Under the pieces are notes generated by a model. That model saw nothing but the letters and a program-made list of their open reading frames with translations, was not told where the DNA came from and ran no database searches. 64,000 nt of DNA, taken from assembly GCA_977030845.1 (NCBI GenBank), contig OZ365115.1, positions 25,978,001-26,042,000 of the forward strand, in the 5' to 3' direction. A program made the position numbers and the translations under genes. Below are positions 1 to 12,000 of the stretch, one piece after another. Source of the stretch: Fimbriosthenelais zetlandica (taxonomy: Eukaryota). The first letter of the stretch is position 1. The number at the start of each line of letters is the position of its first letter.

Positions 1-20
1 TGACGGCGGGCCAGCTTCGA
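1..20 (-). CDS. unc-22: Twitchin exon, partial (start of an FN3: (F)EAGPPS)
   Basis: Acceptor ...caccaacag|TC GAA GCT GGC CCG CCG TCA; phase 1 matches the donor at 1018. Confidence 0.65.
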
Positions 21-3000
21 CTGTTGGTGTTTGGATTTGAGAAAAGAGGTTTAGAAGGTGGGAATGCAGGTGAAAAGTCTCTTTAGATAATAGTAAATTG
101 TCGGCTGATTAGCTTCAAGCTAATGTTCTACTTTTCTGTAAATGCACTGACGATAAATAAGTTTGAAATGAAATTAAAAAGTCATCTCCATTGCGCTTAT
201 TCATTTTTTGAATGTGTAAAACCAGAATATTTATTTAATGTTTTAGTAAATGATCTTTGTCTCAATAGCATGTATACATACAATTTATCCACCATAGAGA
301 AACAACACTCTGAAATGAGGATACTAAAATCACCTGCAATGGTCCACAAGTCATTGCTATATTATATAGACAATTAAGCCATCTAGATACAGGAAACGGG
401 CTCAAATTGGAGCATGGGGAAAGCATGGTGGGATCCCTTCACTAGGTTTACAATAAACCATCAGTTAAGTCTGCAATCTCAACATGGTAAACTATACCGT
501 ACTGGTGGCAACTTTTAAAAAGGTCAAATTAACTTGAGTCAGGTTTCCCAGCAGTTCATGATAACAGAATTCCCTGAGTTTTCCCTTATTTTTTCCCTGA
601 GTAAGCCCTTAAAAGCCAGGAGATCTCTTAGTCATATGAAACACTCTGAACTTCAGTGGTGGGCGTTAGATTTAATTAATTTTACGCGTCAATTTTAGAA
701 AGATTATCCTTCTGAGTCAGTATTGAACGCGTCAATTTCAGAAAGGACATCATTCTGAGTCAGTGTTCAATTTCCCTGTTTTTTTCCAGTTTTTCTCAGA
801 TTCGCAGACTTTTCCCTGTCTGGAAAAGGTAAAATTCATTTTCCAGGTTTTCCCTGATTTCCAGGGAACCCTGAACCATCGAGATACTTGCTATAATAGT
901 TACATAATTTTATGAATGCTGTTTGCCATACTGCATACTGTCGTAGTAGTGTGGCAAACAAAATCGCAGGAGTAGAGTGCCGGATTTAAAGTTGAGGGTT
1001 GGGCTTGAAATACTTACAGACTGGGTCGCGGGCAGTGTGTGGGTCTGTGCATTTGGACGGTTTTCCAGGTCCAGCATCATTGACGGCTACTACACGGAAC
1101 TCATACACCGACCCCTCATTCAGTCCAGACACGGTATAATTATTCTCATCTACAGGGAACGTGTTGGCGGCTTGCCATTTTCCTCTTCCACGGGCCTTCT
1201 TTTGAATCTCATACCCTGAAACAGGCTTATACTCAATTGTGTATCCTGAAAAAGAGACCAGCGGAGACCAGATTAGTGTTGGGTATCCAGTGTTGGAAGG
1301 AGACACATTCAGGAACAAACAGGAGAAAAATACCGTATAATGCTTGTTTGAGAAAGGGGGAGAATCCTGCACACCGAAAAGCTGGAAATTGAGATTTGTT
1401 GAAAATTTTAAATTAGAAGTGCAATATGACGTCAACTGCCAATTGGAATTTGTGATTGAGCGTTCAGCGTGTGAATTTGACAACGCCATGAACGAGAAAT
1501 GTTCATAGACAAGGAACAAGTGAAAACTGTACCATATAAAAAGCTGGCAAGTGCTTTGGGAAGAGCCAGACCAAAATGGAATAAAAGTTTTGTTATCTAA
1601 CAATTAAGGCAAATGGGCTTTGAAACAATATCTTTGGAGAGGAATTTGTTTTTTTGGACAAAAATAATGCGTTATTTGTTACATTATATCCTCATATTTG
1701 TACTCTTCAATTGAGATAAACTTAAAAAACTTTTAGATAAACTTTAAAATTGAAACTTTCCTGCTTAATTACACTTTCTTTACAAGGATTTAGGTTAGTA
1801 ATGCATGTTAGTAAAATTTAGTCTGTAGTCTGTAAAATGCTATTGAAGTGGCGATGCAAAAATTCAGCTATTATTTATTTTTAAGACTTAGAAATAAAGA
1901 CATGACGTCAAAAAAGATTAATTTGTTGCTAGTTCTATTTGAAAAGAGAAACGTAAATTCGTTTCTGGAATGGAACATTCTTCAAAGAATTTGAAGATAT
2001 ATCCTTCTTTGAATAAAGAAAAATATGTAGAATACTTGTGGATTACAGAATATATGCACAGATAGATATAGAACAAGCAGAAGCAGATGCATAGTTCAAT
2101 CAACGATGGGTCTTTGGTTGTGTATAATTGTGAAGGCAACTAATGGAAATGAACTCCACTTTTATAAGCATGTGTAGGCCTATATACATTGATCTATTTA
2201 TAAGCATGTGTAGGCCTATATACATTATGATCTATGCTCTACGCTAGGCATGTTCTAGTAAAATCTCCCATGAACATGAAACGGACATCCAATGCAACAA
2301 CTCGTTACACAATTGAAATTTACCTGCAACATTGTTGTTTATTCAGGTTGTTGCTCATCCGAAATTTGTTGTGAAGAAATAAATAAGAAACTATGAAGTG
2401 TATGTTCGCAATATTTGGTCAAATATGTTGGCAACATTCTGTTGGAAAACTGTCTGCTGTTTCTTTTAAAGTCAAAATTTGGTTTTAATGTGTTAAATTG
2501 TATGATAAATGTATGTGAGTGAATGCTTTGGGGTGGTTTGTTGAAAAGAATCATTTCAAAAAACTGGTCAAATATCCAAAACGGGTCATTGTAAGTCATT
2601 GTGAAGGGGAAAAGTGGTGGAGTGACAGGGTGGGTAGGTTAGCTTTCTATTTTTTCCCTCAAAAGAGATCGGTGATAATTTTCAATGATGAAATTATCAC
2701 TGACCAAGGGAAAGAATAGAAATGTAACCAAATAATCGTTTGACAGAGGAATCAGGGACCATTTTGCAGTGGAAATGGTGTTTTTGTGCATGTTTTGGAT
2801 CATATTTGTGTCTCAAGGCAGGAATACCATACATGTGTCAGGGGAACCCACAAAAAGCAACTTCTGAGGCAGAAAACAAGGAGCAAATAAGTCTGTCCAA
2901 AATCAGTTGTCATCAGAAATCGACGTTCGTCTAGGATTGATCTGTGGAAGGCAATGATACAGTCAGATACAAGGTGTGTGCTGCCTACTTGTTCGGTTTT

Positions 3001-6000
3001 AGGAATCTTTACTAAGGATTTAGAATGAAATTTGGACTAAGAAATCAGAAATAAGTTTGGGGTTTCAGTTGGGATAATATTTCCCCTTTTCTTTGGTCTT
3101 TTCTACAGTAGCTGCACGGATTTTCCCAGCCAATGCCCAATAAGATAAATGGGTCAATGAGCATGTATCTAGCTTAAATCTCTGATCAGTGATAGTACCA
3201 CTTTAATTTAGAGGTAGGGCTAATGATGAGATATCAAAGAAAAGTGTTTAATCAGAAGTTTGTTTTTCCCTATTGTTCACAGATCGTAATTGCAAATATA
3301 ATTTGCACTCTAAAAACTCCAGAGCATTATTAGGCCTATAATAGGTTCGCTCAGAGCAGAGAAATAGCTAGCAGAGGACAATGGGAAATTTGAAGAATGC
3401 TTGGGGAATTGAACCGGGGAACTCCCACTTTCAAAACAATTTTTTGAAGGTCACCTTGTATTTGCCTGTCATAACACAAATAGGTCACGTATAGAGGTCA
3501 TGTGAAAACCAGCACTCTCTCAGAATCATCAGCCTGTGTACGTAGATAGACAATGCACCACCACCAGAAAATACACACATCTATCATAGAGGTCATCATC
3601 AGGTCAAGGTCATTTAGGCCACAGAAGGTCACACACGTCCAAAGTCTCATACCTACCAAAAGTTGGCTTTGAAAATGATCTCAAATATCCACTCCGATAC
3701 ATGGTCTACATTTATAATACCGCCTCCGATTTTTTTTATCATTTTTTCAAGGGAATTTGCCCAGTTTTGAATCAAATATACCTTTTATCAAATGGGTGGT
3801 TCGAATAAACCGCTCCAAATTATTCTCACTGCAAATTATCTAACAGATATATATGCAAACTTGGCCAGAAATGGAAAAAAAGTTTTAAAATCAAATGTGA
3901 TTAAAAGTACAAATAATTATGTTGGCAACATGAATAGGCTCCACAGTACAACGGTAAAACAGCAGTATTTTAAAATAAATAGAATGAAACAAAATCTCCA
4001 ATAGTTTACATTAAAGTCCTGAGAAAATCGGTCAAATATTTAGTAGAAATTTAAGTGTCCATATCATTATAAAAGAATCTTTTACTTCCAAGAATTTTCA
4101 AAACATTTGACATCTAATTCACAAGCAGCAGTCTCTGTGTTCATAATAATAGACTGGGCATTTAAAGCCATAAATTAGATTGATCTCATTTGCAACTCAT
4201 TTAAAAAATTGTGGATTGGACAAGTCCTTGCTTGTATCTGTTCATATGGGAAGTATGGAGCTAATTTGTTCATGTTAATTGACTTACCTTTGATTGGATT
4301 GCCACCATCTGTGTCTGGTTTCTTCCATTTGAGAGTAACAGAAGTAGCATCGAAACTATCGATCTTCAAATCTTTAGGTTCAGATGGAGCATCTGGAAAA
4401 TATTTTTTTCAACTATTAGTATAGCCCGAGAAAAGTGGATTTTCGCTGCCCATAGGCCGGAAGCCTGAAACGGGCATTTTTAGATCCCAAAATCCGGAGA
4501 GTTGGCAGTTGGCAAGAGTATTTAACTTACCATATGGGTTCTTGGCCTCGGTGGCTTTGTCTGTCAGCGTTGGTTCACTTACTCCGTAGAGATTCTGAGC
4601 AGCAACACGGAACTTGTATTTCTTGCCCTTCTCAAGGTCCTTAATGACGGCCTTGTTGTTACTGGCGATAGCAGGTACCTTCTCCCAGTACGTCGATCCT
4701 TCTTCACATTTCTCAATGACGTAATCTGTCCAAGAAAAGAGATATATTAAAGACGTCCATTGTCTGAGATACTCTTCCGAGAACGGAAAGAGCTTCGTGA
4801 GTTCTAAGAGAACTGACAAAGTGAAGATGCAACAGAAATAATCCCTTCCAAGAGAATTCCATAGTCCTTCCCATTTGGGAAAGGTCTTGGAAAAGAGTTG
4901 TTAAAATACATAGTGAACTCCTATCCCTCAGTCTACTGTTTTTCTCATTGAATGTAACCCATGCGTATAATATGTCCTATTCGGATGGCTAGATGTTGTA
5001 GACTAATGTCAATGAATACAAATATCAAATGAATCTAATTTAAACCATCAATGTTATTGATTTAGTCTCTTACCAGTGATTTCACCACCACCATCGTCTG
5101 CTGGGGGGTCCCAGGTTAGTGTCATTTTGTCAGCAAACACATTGCTTGTCTTCAGGTTCTGAGGTGACTGTGGTTTGTCTGAAAAAAAAATCAGGAATCA
5201 ATAGAGTTTTTTCCCATAACCATCAAACATATTGATATTCTTTTCTATAACACACATAAAAAGGTAGCACTGTCCATGCAGTGAGATAAAATTAATAACA
5301 TAAGATAACAGCAATTAGATAATGGACCTTATATCAAAGACAATGACAAAGTTGGACCATATTTCATGAAAACACGACAAATGACAAAATTTAAAGAGTA
5401 TTGTTTTCTGTTTATTATACCAATGGAAAGGGCAATGAAGTTTAACTGTATGTTTTTTTTTAAATTGACTAATGATGAATAACAGAATACAAGGCTGCTA
5501 GTCTGTATCCTTTTGTTAACTTACCAAGGACAATGACATTAAAGTCGGCCTCGTCCTCTCCAAACTCGTTCTTTAGTTTCACCTTGTACTTGCCAGTGTC
5601 ACCACGCTTAGCAACAGGGATAGCCATTTTGGTATTCTCATCCGTTGTGTCTTGTTTGTTCTGCAAATCATTCAAAATGTATTTAATTCCTCTTCGTCTT
5701 CAAGAGATTCCGGAAACGCATTGCACAAGGCGGGTTTGAAACAACCATCGGAAATAAGTCTCAAAAGAGTGTTTCATCTAAGCTAAAATTTAAGATAGTA
5801 CAAGACCCATGAATAACACCTTCTTAAAGTTCCATCTTAGTGCCATCTTAAGTCAGTTTTCACCATTGGCTTGACTATTTTTTGCGAGAGTGTCTTAAGA
5901 TGCGACAGCCGTTCTGCAATGCATCTCATGATTAAGACGCTCTTAAGATAGAACTTCTGCAATGGAACTAATAACGCCATCTTTAAATAAAAACCAATGG

Positions 6001-9000
6001 AAAAGGTATCATATGGTACATACGGTAGGACCAGCAGGGACATCCTTGCCGTCCTTGGACCAGGAAGCCAGGGGTGTGGGAGACCCATTGATGGGAACAT
6101 CGATCTCTAGTGGTTCTCCAGCGCGAACACGGATCTCCCGACCACCGATCATATTCTCCAAATCAAGCTTGGGCGCCTCTGTTAAAGATAACAAAGTCAT
6201 ATTCGATAATGATACACAGTGGAGATCCAGAAGATGCTTTGATACTATCTTTGGTCTCAAATTTTTGAGCTTGATAGAGTTTTTCTGTTGATTACATTTG
6301 CAACTGAAATGCAGTGACTGTTTTGTGGCATTCTAAAAAATACTAGACTAGTTTTACATTCTATCATAATAGGGAATCATCTTTTTAGTTAGAATTTTTA
6401 TAGAGTGAGTGTGCTCTAGAACATATTATGTACAACGCACCAACATCCTGAGGAGGGAGCTAGTTATTAGAAATGCCTTGGAGAATTCAGGGTGTTGGAC
6501 CGCCGACCCTAGGCCTTCAATCATTGGTCTGTGTGAGCTGGCGCTCCAACCAACTGAGCTAACTCCCCTCCTTAAAATCTGATTGGGATTATTTTGGGAA
6601 TATTATGTCAGAGAACATCTCTCTGCTTGCTACAACAAAATTAGTGTATTTTTTTGTCATAATTGCTATCGTTAAAGATACAATACAGTGGTTTCTTACC
6701 TTTGAGTGGGCGAGCCTTGATGGGTTTAGAGCACTCAGAGGGATCTGACTCTCCTCCGTCGTTGATGGCTGTTACACGGTACTCATACTCCTTCAGTGGT
6801 TGCACCTTCTCATCCCTGAACTTCTCGTCCTGTAACAATATCATATATAACCGTGTCAATATTTCTTTATAAGTGGTTTATTGTTATTATTTTCAGTTAT
6901 ATCATGACAGTGCATGGATATATATATATATATATATCTCCCTCCAATACCTAATATAATCGATCTAAGGCAATTGATATTTGACTTTTTCACTTGGTCG
7001 TTTAGGGGCTAACTCCCTCCACTATCTATTATAATTGATCTGAGGTAATGGATATATTACTTTCTTACTTGGTCGTTTAGGGGCTAACTCCCTCCACTAC
7101 ATATTATACTTCATCTAAGTCAGTGGATATATTACTTTCTCACTTGGTCGTTTAGGGGCTAACTCCCTCCACTACATATTATACTTGATCTAAGTTGGTG
7201 GATATATTACTTTCTCATTTGGTCGTTTAGGGGCTATCTCCCTGCACTACCTATAATAATCGATCTAAGGCAATTGATATTTGACTTTTTCACTTGGTCG
7301 TTTAGGAGCTATCTCCCTCCACTACCTACTATAATTGATCTAAGGTAGTAAATATTTTGCTTTCTCATTTGGTCGTTCAGGGGCTATCTCCCTCCACTAT
7401 TATAATTGATCTAAGGTAGTAGATATTTTGCTTTCTCACTTGGTCGTTTAGGGGCTATCTCCCTGCACTACCTATTATAATCGATCTAAGGCAATTGATA
7501 TTTGACTTTATCACTTGGTCGTTTAGGAGCTATCTCCCTCCACTACCTACTATAATTGATCTAAGGTAGTAAATATTTTGCTTTCTCATTTGGTCGTTTA
7601 GGGGCTATCTCCCTCCACACCATTCGAACGCTCGTGATCTGATCTATACGCATCCACAGCTAACTCAAAATCCGTTTTTACGACTTAAGACTCAAATTTC
7701 GACTTATTGAAACCGTATCACATGTTTAAAGTCATGTTCACTGACCGTGACAGGCTCCTTGTTGATCCTGTTCCAGCGCCCTGTGCGGGGATCTTTCCGC
7801 TCCACATTATAGCCCTGGATGGGGGCGCCACCATCGTTGGAGGGTTTCGACCATTTGATGGTGATTTGCTTCTTGTCACTGTCCTCCACTTCTGGTTTAC
7901 CAGGCTTGCCAGGACGTTCTGCACATCAAACAAAATGACAAAAATATAGCTTCAACATATTACTCAAATGTGTAGAGTTGAATATGTTACAATGTTGCTG
8001 TAATCGCTCAGCAACTATGATTGTGATGGTGATTGAATTTTAACGTAACTTTCAACAATTTTTCAGTTATATCATGATGATGCCTACTTGTGACAGTGAG
8101 CCCAATGCTCTATTATAGTGCTGCCTCACTGAAGTATCATATTGGAGGCACATTGTATGATTCTCACCCAGTCACATTATACTGACACCGGGTTGAGTCA
8201 GTGCTAGTACTGTCCTCTTGTTGCCGAGTGCCAAGGGAGGGAGTCTTTGGTATTAACCTAAAAACACTCGACAACCGTCATATGTGACAGACCCGGCCAC
8301 GGATTGAACTGGCGACCTTCCATACACGGGGCAGACACTCTAACCACTATACATGGTGGTCTTAAAATGATGTTATTTGCATAAGAATGTTAGAAGCACA
8401 ATCAGATACCTACCGTATGGATTCTTAGCAAGGGTGGTTGTCTCTGTTTCCAGAGGCTCAGAGGGTCCGTTCCTGTTCTCAGCTGTGACACGGAACTTGT
8501 ACTTCTCTCCTTCCTTCAGTTTGGTCACCTGGAAGGACTTGGCATCTTTGGGTACAAAGCTGGAAACCTTCTCCCATTTACCAGTCTTAGAACTCTGCTT
8601 CTCGATTGTGTAGCCTCTGTATGGGTAAAAAAGAGAGAACATTAGGGCCATTGCAGAAATTCTGCCTTAGGGCCATATTAGTTCCATTGCAGAAGTTCTG
8701 TCTTAAGAGCCTCTCAATCTAAGAATCTTGTAGGCATGACATGCATTGCAGAACGGCTGTCTGGAAAATAATAGTCAAACCAATGGTAAAAACTGACTTA
8801 AGATGGCAATAAGATGGGTTACTATCTTAAATTTGAGCTGAGATGAGACACTCTTAGGAGACTTATTTGCGAGGGTTGTCTCAAACCCGCCTTGTGAAAT
8901 ACGTTTCCGCCATCTTAAACTTCTGTGCACAATGGGGGTCTTTACTCCTATAGGTAAGGCTAACCACTGACAAAAATAATGACAAGTAATGGGTTTAACT

Positions 9001-12000
9001 AGGAATTATATAGTTTCGCAGGACTAAAATTTCTTTCATTTGAAGGTATATTATGACTGACTTACGTGAGTTCATTGCCTCCGTCGTCCTGGGGAGGCAC
9101 CCAGGAGAGTAGACAGCGGTCCTTGAATACCTCATCTACCTTCAGCGGTCCTCCTGGGCGGCATGGTGGTCCTGGATGCGATATAACAAATATTTAACAT
9201 ATTTAAAAGGTAAAACATCATACTATAGATTCTTCAAATAGACTGATATTTGGTTTTCAATAATCGTGGGGGTCCAGACACTCAGTCATTTCAAAATGAT
9301 GCAAAAGTGTCGTTCTTGGTGTCATTTTGAGATCAATTTTGGTCTGAGTGTCAAGCTAACAAATAAAAAAATGTTAGTTCTGCAGCCAAAATCAAATATG
9401 GCTGCCATCCGCCATGATGAAAATCTATTTTGTGCACTATAAAAAGTCGAATTTAAATAAGTAGGTGGTAAAAGTAAGTGGCCCTACTGGACTTCAAAAC
9501 CTTGCTGGCCGTTTTGGCTATCAGGTAGACAAGACTTAATTTAACTGGACATGAACAAAATTATCGTTAAACTCTTAAGATCAGATGACTAAAGCCTGTA
9601 CTCCACTGCTGCGATTTTCCTTGCGACACTATTGCGACAAAGGTGATGTTTGTGTGGTAATGAAAAAAGTGCAAGTGGAAGACGGCCTTGGAAATTTGGA
9701 CCACAATATATTAATTTTTTCGCGACACCAGCATCGCCTTTGTCACAGTAGTGTCACAGGTAAAATCGCAGCAGTTGAGTAGAAGCTTTCATGCTGACTT
9801 ACCCAAAACGACGACATCAATCTCGGCACTGTCAGAGCCATGTTCGTTGGTGACAGTTAGCTTGTAGATACCAGTATCTTTCCTCACTGAGTCCTTGTAC
9901 TTGAATACAGAGTGATGTTGCTCCGTGTGAACGTCAACTTGAGCTCCAGTCAGCTCCTGTGGATTTTTGCAACAGAAGAAAATGCTGAATTTCTGGTTTA
10001 TTTTGTTATTTCCATCAAAAATATATTATGAGTAATAAAGTATCTACTGATAGGGTAGGTGTGTGATCAGTGATTTTTGTGTTTTTTTTCTTTAAAATAG
10101 AATCATATTCAGTGTTCTTTTTCAGTGTTTGAAATATGGCCAGTGAGAAATACATTTATGTTATCATAACTATGTAAAACAAATGCATTTTATGACAAAA
10201 AGTATTTTGTTAACTGTTTCTGGATCAAAATATGGATTTGATGTTTTCGTTATATATTCAAATACTTTAACATTGGAAAAAGATATGACAAAAATCAAAT
10301 AATAATAATATATAATAAATCTTTTTGCTTGCTTGTAAAAAAATGAATTATAACAAAAGCACTTCATAATTGAATAAGAAAAAAACTTGAAAGTAATTTT
10401 CGTGCGAAAACAATGAACATGCATCTCCTCCTGCATAATCTATTGTAGAATCAAATAAATTGTTTGCTATAAATGAAATTACGTCTATACTAATTTTTTC
10501 ATGTTTAATTTGTTTCTTATCTGCCTAATTGATGCGACTCAAGATGTTGGTCCTATCCAGAATAAAACAGGGGGAAAGGGCAAGGAAAAAGTAAAAGTTT
10601 CATAAGTAACATTGTACATTGGAATCCGGTATATTGTCTGCATCTGAATAGTTATATCAAGTTTTCAAGTTCATATTCTGTTCGAAAAAGTATATATGTA
10701 CATGCCACCTTAAGTCTGCATTGTCTCAAAATTGTTGAAAATTGCAAAATTGATAATTTTCAACAAAATTCAAAATTGTATGTCAATGAGTAAATGGGTA
10801 AGCAGGTTAAAAGTAAGCAGGCTACAAAAGGTTAAAAGTATCCTAAAAATCTGTTTTATTTCTAGCGATAGGACCATGTACTAATTGCTAATTTTTCTCA
10901 ACATTGTATAGTCACACTGTATCTAAAATGTATATTTAAACATGAACATGATTAGTATTCATAAATTAGATCATTTAATAAAAAGTTAATATAAATAAAT
11001 TAAATGATGACTGAGATCAAGTAAGCAGAAGAAACCACCAGGAAGTCCATGGAAATAAATGCTTTCCATTTGTGTCTTCCCCGTTGCTTTCTTTTGCATT
11101 GTCAATAGGGACATAACATTAACAGCGGGGTAAGTAGCTCAATAGTCCCGTCATCTGTATTTTGTGAGTCAGAATCTATTTCTTTATCATTCCCTTCTCA
11201 TTCTCTGTCTCTCTCATGTTCTCTTTGTCGTTCTCTCTCTCTTGTTCTGTCTCTCGTTCACCCTCTCTCTCGCTCGTTCTGTCTCTCGCTCGTTCTCTCT
11301 CACTCGTTCCCTGTCTCTCCGTCTCTCGCCCTTTCACTATCTCTCTCTTTTGCTTTCACTTTCGTCCTTGCTACATGTATCTCTCCTCTCTCTTTCTCTC
11401 TATCTCGCTCTCTCAGTATTTCTCTTCTGCTCTCTCTCTCTCTCTCTCTTGTTCTCTCTCCCTCTCGTTATCTCCCTCTCCCTCTCTTGTTCTCTCCTTC
11501 TCGTTCTCTCTTTCCCTCTCTCTCATTCATTCTTTCTCATTACTATACTAGGCATTGTCAACTAATAATACACTTTTCATACTGTCTATAGTCTATTGTC
11601 TACATGGTCACATAGCGAGCAGTCACATTGACAGTAGATAAGGTGGCTGGCTTCAACATTGAGCTTGCCACTTTACTCTACTGTGCCCACCTGTCCAGGG
11701 GGAACTCTGGCAGATTTGGAGATAGTTCCGCGAACTGGATCTTCTTCAATAGGCTGTAAGAGCATCAATAATGAGGTGATTCAATGGTGAAAAATACACA
11801 GAAAAATAAAAAGCCTTAGGTGTGAGTGGCAGTGGCATTGGTAGAAGCAGCTCGAGGTGTAGAAGCAAAATGGGGGCTTGTAGAAAAACAAAAGGGATTT
11901 CAGACATGGATCTACATGGAAAAAATGTAAATGGATATTAAATGTAAGGAGTATGAGGAAAAGGATTAGGGAAAACTAAGAGGTAAGAGGAAAAACTTAT

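Noticed and set aside
6940-7617. CRISPR-like periodic array (also 14300-14692 and 23113-23535)
   Set aside because: Whole units repeat with no unique spacers, there are no cas genes, and the context is a eukaryotic intron.
8290-8361. tRNA-like sequences (also ~6480-6570, ~20540-20620, ~22490-22545 and ~41830-41896)
   Set aside because: Degenerate A/B boxes attached to repeat bodies; these are SINE heads, not foldable tRNA genes.
11164-11565. Leu/Ser-rich membrane-like ORFs
   Set aside because: Translation of a (CT)n tract.
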